In this document: positions 28,833 to 40,024 of the stretch, in pieces
Numbering within the stretch: position 1 is the first letter of the stretch
Layout of the letters: every line of letters begins with the position of its first letter
Source of the DNA: Antedon mediterranea
Taxonomy: Eukaryota > Animalia > Echinodermata
DNA length: 64,000 nt
NCBI RefSeq assembly: GCF_964355755.1
Contig: NC_092675.1
Location: 4,149,812 to 4,213,811 of the forward strand
Direction: 5' to 3'
Made by a program: the position numbers and the translations under genes
The notes under the pieces: generated by a model
Database searches by the model: none
What the model saw: the letters and a program-made list of their open reading frames with translations, nothing else
What the model was told of the DNA's origin: nothing

Positions 28833-29404
28833 TTACATTATTGCACCCGCTTAGATAAGCGCCTGGGATTTGCTGGGGGAAAGTATTACAATCCAATGTT
28901 ATTTTTACTGACATAGGCTGCTATTGTAAAAACTATTTTTAGAGACTTTTCCTAAAATTGCAATACAGTCAGCATAAATTTATTTTATTACTTTAATTTT
29001 ATTTGTAAATTAAATAAAAATGAAGAAAAATCAAGCATAGTTCATCAATAAAATGGTTTCAAAAACTAGTCTCAATGTCAACTTGAGATAATCAACAGAA
29101 TAGACCTGAAGTTATTATCAAGATTATTATTACATAGATCTCATCTTACCAACATGTATAGCAGGATTACAGTGCCAGTTTCATCAATCTAATTATAAGA
29201 AAATATACTTAATTAACTGATAATTATTAACAGTATATCTAACAAATTAGGATAGCATTATTTTGTATTACAGTATATCTATATTTAGAGACAAATTCAT
29301 AATTAAGTTACAATAGGAATTTGTGAATGCTTCAACCCAGCACAGCATATTATACATAGTCTACATACAGCACCTACATGTTACTAATATATATTTTTGC
29401 TATT

Positions 29405-29705
29405 GGATTTTCTATATTTAGATTTTCTATATTCAGACATGGATTTTCTATAATTAGATTTTCTATATTCAGACATGGATTTTCTATATTTAGATTTTCT
29501 ATATTCAGACATGGATTTTCTATATTTAGATTTAGATTTTCTATATTTAGATATGGATTTTCTATATTTAGATATGGATTTTCTATATTTAGATATGAAT
29601 TTTCTATATTTAGATTTTTTATATTTAGATATGGATTTTCTATATTTAGATTTAGATTTTCTATATTTAGATATGGATTTTCTATATTTAGATTTTCTAT
29701 ATTTA
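29405..29705. repeat. Compound minisatellite (9-mer TTTCTATAT plus 6-mers TTAGAT/ATGGAT) in the EIF2D 3' UTR region
   Basis: Begins ~40 nt after the EIF2D stop. The first minus-strand AATAAA I found lies beyond it (29003-28998). Confidence 0.9.
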
Positions 29706-29742
29706 AAACAGTTATCTGTTATATAACCACTTGGGCCTGTCA

Positions 29743-32700
29743 TCACCTCTTCTTTCCTTTTCCCTTTTCTACACCACTTATATATTTTCTTGCTAAACCA
29801 TATTTATCTGTAAATAGAATAAAAAATATTTGTAAATAAGCAGTTGTTTACATTTCCTAAATAATCACATTGAAACAAATCAAAAGAAAACAATTACAAG
29901 ATCCATGCATGGTCCTACACCAGAAACTAATATTAATACTAAAGCAAGACAGTATTACTGTTATAGATGCATAATGCCCTATCTACACAATCAAACTTTA
30001 TGTGACTAATGTGATGTGCCCATATATGAAAATGATGATATCATATCACTACCATATTTAATAGGGCACATCACACTTTTTTGTCAAACTACTTTGATAG
30101 TGTAGACAGAGATTAACAGCATTATGGCAATTATAGGATGGCTTGTGTCTTCGGTACTACTGTACACCCGTTTTAAAGAATGAGAAACATCCTCGATTGC
30201 AATCAATCAAAATCAATTTTTATTCCATAAAACTAAGGATTTGTATAAAGATGTATGATTTTGTATTAATTATCCTAGACTGTATATTATGCTTATGATT
30301 TGTTTCAAGATGTCATCAACAATGGAAAGGGAACTCAAAATAGGAGTTGAACCAAGGACTAATGGTAACAAAAACTGAGAGAAATGAACATGGTAGGTAC
30401 CACCACACCATCCAACAAAGTTACCATGTTGTCCATCTACAGCATGGAAGTCAATTTTGTTTTTTGGTTGTATAATTATACGAGCATCTTTTCCTGACCA
30501 GTGTGAACTGTATGGTTGCTAGTTGCTATATTAAAGATGTATTGTCCCCCAAAAACATGAAAAATGAAGATTAATTAAATCAGACTTTGAATAGGTTATC
30601 TTGTAGTTTTAATAAAGTTAATCACTTCCGTAAAAAAAATCCAGAAAAATATGTTTTCACTTATAAAATAACATCAATGGTTAAATTCAACCAAAAATCC
30701 ATTGGCTGGCAGCCAATTTGATCATTTTTTCTTTAAATTCCAATTCCAATTTTTTCAGGTAAATACATTTTTATGTGCCATTAAAATGGAATATTACAAA
30801 AAAAAATAATGTTTTCAGGGGGATAATACATCTTTAAAAGAAATAATAGATTAATGTACTAACCAATTAACACTGTTGCTATATATTCAATCTGATTGCC
30901 TTGTACAAGTACTTGCACTCCTGCATTCTTGCCAGGTAGTGATGACACTGAAGTACTCGTGGCCACGCCTACTTGCACATCATGAGCAAATTGTTTAGGA
31001 TCAATTTTAAAAACTTCAAGATTGGTTACCAGCGTTACCTGTCAAGTGTATAATAAATAAAATTTAGGCTCTGTCTAGACTATCAAACTAATTTGACAAA
31101 AAAGTGTGATGTGCATGAATATGGTACTGATATGCCCAAATAAGGTAGTGATATGACATCATCACGTCCATATATGGGTACATCACATCACATAAAGTTT
31201 GATAGTGTAGACATAGCTTAAGACTTAATTAAACTAATTCCTCAACAGGTAAGGTACCCTTGAGCAAAAACTTAATGCTTGTATATTGAAGTAGATAACC
31301 AGCTACTATTGGCTGTATTCACTAATCAGACGTATTAAGGAAAATTTGTCAACTTACAAATTAAAATGGTTCTAAATGAATACTATTTCAGGTAAATTCT
31401 TAAATATTTATTGGTTTCAGGGAAATAATTTCACTTAAGTGTGATAGGTAAATATGGCCAATAGGAACTGGACTAATTTCATATTCATCAAATCATTGTT
31501 ATCATTCAACAAATAAAATGATTCTTACAAAACTTGTTATGCATATGAGTTTACCCAACACACTCACATGCAACTTGGTAATAAGGCTGTGAACATTAAT
31601 GTAATTTGTAACAATACGATTTTAACTTTTTAAAGATTTATAAATGTTACTGTTTATACACTTTTTGTCATTTTTTAGTCTGTTTATATATATGTATCTT
31701 TTTAATCGGATTTGCTGACAACCGACATTTCTTTGTTTTTTACGAAGACAAATAAAGTTTCATGTATCTTTTACCTATAGCGTGGTTCCCACTAGAACGC
31801 GACGCAGCAACAGATCGACGCAACAAGCTGTATTGCATAATCACAAGTAGGTTGCATTACGTTGTGTCACTAGTTGGAACCACGCTTTAGAAGTTAGAAT
31901 ATTGTCTATTGAATTAATATCAACCTTTTTGTTTCCAGCTTTCTGTACTACTGATATATTAATTGGTTGAATTTTTCCTTTTTTGACTGATTTACTACCT
32001 GCAACCTCTCCTGGAAACGCAACCTGGTAACCACCTTGCATCTTGTCGTAGAATCTAAAAACAAACAAAAAAGGAATGAAATTGAAAGATACTAATTGAC
32101 ACAGATAGTAAAGCATGATGAAAACATAACTGATGTTTACTAACTGGCACTGTACCAACAGATACAATGAACATAGATGATGGCGTACACATCTATTATG
32201 ACATCATCCGTGCTCAGAAAAATAAAAGAGAGGGGCGGTGACACAATCATCGATTACGCAGCAGCATCAATAAGATGTACTTGAGAAAACGAACGGAACA
32301 TTTGCCAAACGTAGTTGTAAGTACGATATTGTTGTATTTAATTATTTATGTTTAATTGGATCAACAACAAATAATTATTTAAATCCAGATGAATTTATTT
32401 CAAGATATACATTACAAAAAAAATAAAATAAATAAAATGTACTTTAGACAATAAGCTTTTGAATGAATCAATGATTACCTTGTGAATAACTGATCCCATT
32501 TTAAATGTGTGATGTATTCACCTTTGTTTACTACAGCATCTGAAAGGTGGGGATCCAACACAATCATACTACAACAGAAAATAAATTCATTCTTATATTA
32601 ATCAATGATTGTTTTACTGTGGAGGAACAAAAAATACAAATATGGTGAATCCAGTATCGGTAATGAACTTGAAAGGATGGAACAAAAACACTAAATCTCT

Positions 32701-35700
32701 GTCTACACTATCAAACTAGTTTGACAAAAAAAATGTGATGTACCACAATATAGTAGTAATGTGCCAAAATATGGTAGTGATATGACATCATCATGTCCAT
32801 ATATGGGCACATCCCATTTTTTTGTCACATAAGTTTGGTAAAAATAAATTATTGCATTATTTTTTTTTTACCTGGGATCATTAGCATCTACAAGTTGGTT
32901 CTCTTTTACATAGTCAGTTACAACGTCCTTAACCATGTTGCGTAATAACCAAGATCCTTTCCTTTAAAAACAAAAGTAACACTTGAAATAAAACCTCTGT
33001 CGAATTGAGACAAGCGAATACTGCATATTGTTTCTTTATCCCATATAATTGCATTTAGTCATCAGTATTAGTCAACCGAACACAATTCACTAACTTGTAT
33101 TGTGGTTGGAATATAGGAACCATTGCTGATGTTACTCCAAGCATCTCTACCACTTCAGGAGCTTGGTACGAATGCCTTGCCTCTTCCTTTTTTGCGACTT
33201 CATCCAAAGCCACAGTTGTTGCCCTTGATTGCTCAAGTTCCTCTGGTACCACAAACTTTCGTAGACTAAAAGAATTCAAAATAGATTAAGTATAGTAAAT
33301 ATAATAATATTGTGGTTATATAATAATAATAGTTCATTCTTATATAGCATATATAAGCAAGCTGTCAATGGGCTGCACATTTTTTTTGATCAAACACATA
33401 CTCCCATAATGCAGCTAGTAATCAGCGCAAAGTTGTGTCTTTATCTAACCGGGTACCCATTTTATACACCAGGGTGGAGAGGCAAATGTAAGTAAAATGT
33501 CTTGCCTAAGGATACTAGCAATGCGGCAAGAGTTGGATTTGAACCACGACCTCACGATCAGTAATCCAATGTCCAACACACTGCGCCACATACCCTCACT
33601 ATTTTGTGTAGTCAAGGAATACGGTTCAGATAATCATTGACGTTTTTAAGATGTAATTGATTCACATACTCATCATGTGACTTGTCAACACCCACAATAC
33701 TAATTACACCCTTGGAGGGTTCTTTTAACTCCAACAACCCTCGTTCCTTCATATGCTGTAAGAACTTGGACAGCTTCTTAAAACTTGTTTTCTTGATGTC
33801 AATTGATTTATTACTTGGACTGAAAGCAAACAAAAATGCATAAATATTGTATCATATATAATCATTCATTCAAAATTGAGGAGAAAAATTGAGTACAAAC
33901 TATTCCAAGCAACTTGATTAAAATAGCTGCTGCAGGCCACAGTGCCTCTGTCTGTCTTCAGTCCATGGACTGGTTATCAATGCTTTCGTAGTTCAGCTGG
34001 TAATGTTCTAGGTCAATTTCTTTTTCTATGTCAATAATTATCTGGTCAATGCTAGACCACTAGCTAAATGCATAAAATCAAGTTGATCTGATCAGCAGAT
34101 GTAATCAACATACTGTATCTTACCAGCATTTCTGGACATGTTGTGCATAAAATGTACTAGCTAGTAAAGGCAGGTCACTCTTCTTAACATATTTCAAACT
34201 GAATAAAAAACACTCCATTAACAAAACATCCATTTTTGCTGTGGGCGCAGAAAAAAAACACACAAATTAATATAAATTGTTATCAAATTTACATTTAGGT
34301 TGTCCAATACATGTGCGTGGCCAGAGTGTTTGTTTGTGTTTAAAGCATATATGATTTATCTACCAAAAATGCTGGCTGTGAGATTTGAGTCTTATATACA
34401 AGATGTACATTTTAAAGAATTTTGTTTGGCCATTTGATTTGATTTGATTTATTAGCATCTCATTAAAAAGACATACACAGTTTAAGAAAAAGAGATATAC
34501 AATTCAAAAATGTTAAAAATACAAAAACAGAGATGCAGGATAGCCCATGAAAGTCTCAATGTGAAACTTATTTCCAATGGGGTCCTCAATAACAAATTTA
34601 AAAAGACAATAACAAATATATATATATATATATATAACAATACATAAAACATACTTATAATTGGCATATATATAAAATCTTACTTTACCGATGGTTCATT
34701 TTCACGGGCTCTAATTTTAAGATATTCCTTAACTTTTAAAGTTTGCCAATTTGCTCACCTACTCTTTCTTCCAATGGTTCCTCTTCTACCTCTTCATCAT
34801 CCATTTCATTGGTATGTTCAAGGGTTAATTGATTAATTTCATTGCTACATTCCTGTGTAGCCCCAGAGTCTTCTTGAGTGTTGTCTGTTGCAGATTGGGA
34901 ACCATCTGTGGCTGCTCCTGTGCCGTCTGCTCCTGTGCCGTCTGCTCCTGTGTGTTCTGCTACTGCGTCGTCTGCTAACTGTTGTGAATCCTCCATATTT
35001 AGACATTTCATTGGTATTTGCGGTGGTGTGGTTTTGTCTCCATATTCCCTATTAGTTAAATAACCAATAGATATAATATATAAAAATATTGCAAATAAAG
35101 CACATGTTAAAAAAAGATATGCATTTTAAAGTTGATTTACCATAACTGATCGCCGTATGTATGAAGAGTCAGCACTCCTTTACCTCTCATACCACTAGCC
35201 AACATGTCTTCAGTTGACCAATGTGCAACACCCACACCGACGGCTGCCTGGTTACCAACAAGATTGACACCACACACGTCACCTTTACCGACGGTTGGAA
35301 GGTCACCAATTTTCACAACGCCTGGTAACATAAGATCTACAACATATACATTAAGATGCGTCACTGCTGAGTAATCGCTCAGTTGGTTTTCATTTTAAAC
35401 CAAAACAAATATCATACTATATTGTACAGTTACAATTGTATTTGTAGCCAAAAGGCAAATTAGTACAGTGGAATCTGGGAATATCACAGGAGGTCATGGA
35501 GACAATTTGGAAACATCCCACCCACCTTCAACCAGCACAATTACCTGATTCATACATCACTTACCTGCTCCTCCCTGCAACTTCTCTAAGACTGGTGGCC
35601 ATGTTGTGAAATATGGTAAAATATTAGGAAATTTCCACAAAGTATATACTGTATAAAAAGAAAGTAACCGAGTAATAATACTGTATAAAACATTAAACAT

Positions 35701-37461
35701 AAATAGTAAATGATGTTTTCAATTTAACTGCTGTAATTAATCTAGGCTTTAGTGCTATAATAATGGTAGGCAGTGGTGTATCTAGAGGAATTAACTATTC
35801 TGGTTACTAGGCTCAAATTACCAGTGTTGACATATGGTATTATTGTATGGGGTGCGGGAAACAAAGAAAATTTGGATTGCCTTCTTTTGCTTCAGAAAAG
35901 AGCTCTTAGGATTATTTGTAAGGTAGACTTTCATCATCCCTCTTCTCAGCTCTTTGTGAAAACGGGCACATTTAATATATTTGATTTGTATAAAAACAGT
36001 GTTTTAAATTTTATGTTTAAATACCAAAAAGGACAACTTCCAAAATGTTGTAATTCTTTATTCAGTTTATTTGATAATTATCATACATATAACACTCGAA
36101 ATAAAGACAAATATTGTATAAAATTAAAATCAACTAATATGGGTCAGCAAAGTATAGCATATAGAGGACCTAAGCTATGGAATCAACTTATAAGAAATAT
36201 AAGAGAGAGTGAAAATATATCAATATTTAAAAAACTATTACTAACTAAATGCATTAAGAGTTATAAAGAAACAATATATCTTTGCGAAAACAACATTTGT
36301 AAAATATGTCTAACATTAACTTAATTAATTACATTTTCGTATATATTCTGAGACTGTGAAGTATATATATATATATATATTATATTATAGTACGTTGTAT
36401 TTTCGTTCATTTATTTACTACATGAAAACATTTTTGTAATATATTTGTAAATTTATATTTTAAGTTAGGGTGCCACAGATTAAAAGCTTTGCTTGCTTGT
36501 GGTTACCCTGTTTTTCACACTTTATTGTACTTAATTTTTTATTTATATTTTTATGAATGTTGTGTGAAAAATAAAAGAATCAATCAATCAATCAAAATAC
36601 AACTAGTTATACAAGTTTACCATTTGTTGCCAATTTTCAATTATTAAAATATAAAAAGTTATTAGTTTTTTACCTGTCGGAAATAATTGCTTATCCTGTT
36701 CGAAGAACAATGGATTTTTTCCTAGGCAATATACAATGACACTTGTACCATTGTGTGTGTATAACTTTAATACAGACATCTCTTCTTTATTTGGTATTAA
36801 ATGTGCTACATCCTCATCCGCCAGAGAAGTAAATTGTTGTGAAACATGTGATTTTAGTTTTCGCCTGAAAAAAAAGTGTGAATGAATTGTTTCATGTAAG
36901 ATGTTTACTGATTTTTATCAATAATATATGAACATTGCAGATATTCACTCTCTTTGAAGTAGAAAGGCCAGTGCAAATTTGCTTAGTGGAAAATCAGCTT
37001 TAGCTAGCTAACACCACTGCATAAAGAATAGTAGGTAATAAAACGTGACAGATTTCAAATGCAACCGATATCATCATAAGGTCTTTTGTTCAGTTGTGCC
37101 TGTAATTCATGATTATCGTTCGTTATCGACTGATTTTGATTGAAGGAGGCCCTGCAAGTAGCACTTTATCTACATCCAAGTGTGTGCTGTCCAACCCAGG
37201 GGGATACACCGTTTTGGTTGCATGAAAAAGAGCTTCCTCCTCCTACTACTAGGCCTAGTATTACTACTACTCTACCGTACTCTAGACCTACACTACACAT
37301 AGCCTAGCCTCTAGTGTAGGCCGGCCTGCGTGCGGCCGGCCTAGGCCTAGTAGCTAGGCAGTGCCTTTTGGTGTCAACCAATAGTTATAGCGACGTTTAA
37401 ATTACCGATCAGAACCTTTGATTGCCGAATTGGACTTTATTCTGAACTTCTTAGTGAACAT
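29743..37461 (-). CDS. EIF2D: Eukaryotic translation initiation factor 2D (ligatin; PUA, SWIB, SUI1 domains), complete, 600 aa
   Basis: 13 exons in continuous phase: 37461-37406, 36864-36674, 35648-35565, 35336-35141, 35048-34759, 34238-34124, 33819-33670, 33265-33095, 32961-32872, 32568-32479, 32054-31925, 31038-30864, 29807-29743 (TGA). Diagnostic peptides: MFTKKFRIKSNSAIKGSDRRKL, FPTVYTLW, GADLMLPGV, IDIKKTSFKKLSKFLQ, GNKKVTLVTNLE, VLVQGNQ. Confidence 0.95.
29975..30113. mobile_element. MITE family A
   Basis: Both TIRs present, slightly diverged. Confidence 0.8.
30535..30833. mobile_element. MITE with TTAA target duplication (Kolobok/piggyBac-type)
   Basis: TTAA|AGATGTATTGTCCCCC...GGGGGATAATACATCT|TTAA. 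Confidence 0.75.
31067..31218. mobile_element. MITE family A
   Basis: GGCTCTGTCTAGACTATCAAACT...AGTTTGATAGTGTAGACATAGCT. Confidence 0.85.
31306..31464. mobile_element. MITE family C
   Basis: TIR CTATTGGCTGTATTCACTAATCA / TGATAGGTAAATATGGCCAATAG; related to 58429-58730. Confidence 0.6.
31779..31886. mobile_element. MITE family B (Harbinger-like)
   Basis: TIR AGCGTGGTTCCCACTAG / CTAGTTGGAACCACGCT. Confidence 0.8.
32695..32840. mobile_element. MITE family A, right TIR truncated
   Basis: CTCTGTCTACACTATCAAACTAGTTTGAC...CACATAAAGTTTG. Confidence 0.8.
33315..33600 (-). mobile_element. tRNA-derived SINE with L2-type tail
   Basis: On the minus strand: A box TGGCGCAGTG, B box GGTTCAAATCC, body TCCTTAGGCAAGACA...CCTCTCCACCCTGGTGTATAAAATGGGTACC, tail GCTATATAAGAATGAAC(TAT)n. 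Confidence 0.75.
34432..34600 (-). mobile_element. LINE 3' UTR remnant with (AAATC)n tail
   Basis: GGACCCCATTGGAAATAAG...GGGCTATCCTG, then AATAAAT(CAAAT)n; related copy on + at ~51830-51966. Confidence 0.5.
35825..36595 (+). mobile_element. 5'-truncated LINE (CR1/L2 group, Crack/Daphne-like) antisense in EIF2D intron 2
   Basis: ORF2 C-terminus LTYGIIVWG...LQKRALRII...HTYNTR...SIAYRGPKLWNQL...FKKLL, a 3' stem-loop (AGGGTGCCACAG...TTGTGGTTACCCT), AATAAA and an (AATC)n tail. Confidence 0.9.
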
Positions 37462-37700
37462 ATTAAATTTGTAGAAATACTAGAACATCAAACTAATAAT
37501 TTGTTAAATGCAAAAGGGTGCTGCTCACAATATTGTCAATGTTGTATACATGTGTGTAAATTAATATGCAAGAGCCTGGATGAATGATTCATCTATAGGT
37601 AGCCAATCAAATCACTGCTAGGATCCACAATGAACCAACTTCCGAAATAGAAAAAATTTATGGAGGCAGCCATGTTTTAGATATCAGATCGCGTAATGAT
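37462..37700. promoter_or_regulatory. Probable bidirectional promoter between EIF2D and NIPBL
   Basis: Short head-to-head interval upstream of the EIF2D ATG (37461). It contains a CCAAT box (AGCCAATCA at 37601), an ETS-like ACTTCCG (~37638) and a YY1-like GCCATGTT (~37669). TSS positions are not determinable from sequence. Confidence 0.6.
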
Positions 37701-38072
37701 GAAGTTCTTTTAACATTTTTGCGAATACAAAAAGTTTTTATAAAACAAAATTTATTTTAAATAGGCCATTTTTTGTATTAAATTTTTGTTTCGCGTTGCA
37801 AATTTTTGCAAATTCCAATATATTTAGAAATAAAGAATTGTTATTGGAAATTCTGGCGCAGTAAACCAATTATTTACCAAAATCATTTCATCGAAGTAAT
37901 AAGGCTTGGATATTTGGCGCGATTGTCCTCAAACTTGTCGTCAAAATAATGTATTTGACTACTTAACTTGTACGATTTTTTCACTAAATTTTCTCGATTG
38001 TGAAAGTTTAGTAATGGTTTAACAATTGTGAGAGTTTCTTTGTGAAGAGGATATATTCAGACCATTTTAAAG
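37660..38072 (+). other. NIPBL: Probable non-coding first exon (5' UTR) of NIPBL; start approximate
   Basis: Strong donor AAG|GTAAGA at 38073. The ATG exon is preceded by a T-tract-CAG acceptor at 40016, so an upstream UTR exon is required. Confidence 0.55.
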
Positions 38073-39302
38073 GTAAGAAATATAACGTCTCAAATCGTAG
38101 GCCGTCATCTCATATGAATAGGAGAGGGCGCTAAAGTAGTTAGTAAGCAAGGGAGAAGTCCTTGCATGTTCGCGTCTGCTAGTTTTGTTCTTGCTAATGG
38201 TCTTGCAGACGATCAAATGGTAGGCCTAGAGGTTTTTCCACGTAAAGTGTGACACTAAACTCTGTATTTAAGAAATTTTGTTTATATAAACGTACATTTA
38301 CAGTAATATGTTAATACTTATAGTTATGCATTTTTATAACATTGTACAATTTATGCAAAATGTAGCATAATAATGTGAAATATTCTGTGTTTATTACTGG
38401 CCTGGCTGGGCCTTGCTTGCCTTCAGGCTGACGAAGTGAAATCCTGCACTAACTTAAATAGTGTTGTTCCATTTAGGACTAAGCTATGCCCGGTAGAATT
38501 TTATGATATAAAATGTAAGGTTTGAGTGTATACAATGTAAACAATTTGTGTTTAATGTTATTTAGATATTTAGATATTTGTTTGTTATTCTGTAATAAAA
38601 AACTATTACGAAATAGTTGACTGCTCCACCACTGTTTTACTAATGAATGAACAATTTTAACATGTTTCTTCTAGAAACAAATAGTGTGTTAATGAAAGTT
38701 ATGTCTGGACCCAACAATGCGTACATAAGTAAAGTATGACCCATCCAATTTGGTTTGAATTTTTGAATTAAAAAAATATGATTTAGATGATACTTTAGGC
38801 ATTCCAATATATATTATTTCCATGTAAAACATAGCTTTAATAACTATTGATTCCAAATAGGCCTAGCTAGCAATGATATTATTATAATATATTATATATT
38901 CCCTTTGAGGAAATACTCACAGGAATTGTAATACATCATGATTCAAAATTGTAAAAGAATTGTATTTCTTGATTAAAAATAAGTGGTAAATATGCTAATT
39001 ATCTTCCCTACTGGAAAAAAAAGAGTGACTTGAATATGGGACTAAATATTAATTATCACTTTTTTTAATTGTTCACTTCTTTCCTAAATGGTATTTTTTA
39101 ATTTATAAACAGTTATTAATTCAAAACTGTTATTTTGTCAAAGTAATGTGGCTGCAATAATGATTATGTAATAGTTGTGTTGACTATTGTTATAATTTAA
39201 TGGTTCAATGAATATTGAATTGTCTAAAGACAGTGCTGTCGCTGAATGGTCAATTGTCATGTTTCAAGCACAATTATAAACTTCAGGTCATACTAATCTA
39301 GG

Positions 39303-39576
39303 CCCGGTATCGCTAGGTAGGGCCTGGTAGGGTTTTATGATATAAAATGATTTAACTTGCATATATTTTTCTTTCCAGAAACAGTTTAAAATATTGTGAC
39401 ATTGCATGATTGTAGGCGGTCTTCAGTTTTGGAAATAAACATAATCAGTATTTTGACAGTTTTTTACATTAAAAATGTATAAAACCTAGAATTAAATATC
39501 ACAATAACAATAAATATAATGTTAGCATGTACTTGATATCATTTAATATCATAAATCCCTACCGGGTGATACCGGG
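39303..39576. mobile_element. MITE-like inverted-repeat element in NIPBL intron 1
   Basis: CCCGGTATCGCTAGGTAGGG...TTTATGATATAAAATGAT / ATCATTTAATATCATAAATCCCTACCGGGTGATACCGGG; a solo end lies at ~38488-38517. Confidence 0.65.
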
Positions 39577-40024
39577 AAAAAATTAGTACGACCCTTACCT
39601 TCATATTTTGTGTCAAAAATGTAAATGTTGAAATATGTTTACAGTGTATCTTTTTCATATACTGTATACACATAAATGTATGAGGCAGATTGTAGTCCAT
39701 TAATATAATTGAAATTATTTATACAGTACTGCCAAAAAAATCAATAAATGCTTCTTCTATTCTTTTGTCTTCAGTTAGTTGCCTCCCAGAAGGAAATGTC
39801 AATTATATCATTTACCCTTGCTTATAATACGCCCATGTTGTTATTGAACAGATTAAGTCATAGTTATGGTCAGTTTTTATTGGTAATAGCTTATTATATC
39901 AAATAGAGTGAATGTCTTTTTCAAACTTGATGAATAAATTAATCAAATTAGAAATTTGGCCTTTACAGATATTTTTCTGATGTGCCTAAAATAATGTTGT
40001 TTTTTTTCTTTTTCAGCCTCCAAG

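Noticed and set aside
29740-29745. Selenocysteine or readthrough at the EIF2D TGA
   Set aside because: A second in-frame TGA follows immediately, the protein is already complete after the SUI1 domain, and no SECIS is recognisable.
29378-29839. Plus-strand repetitive ORFs (FSIFR, DFLYL repeats)
   Set aside because: Antisense to the EIF2D last exon and UTR, and open only because the repeat units are multiples of 3.
35773-36324. Independent nested gene in the EIF2D intron
   Set aside because: It is the C-terminal end of a 5'-truncated LINE ORF2 with its own UTR and tail; the RT core is absent.
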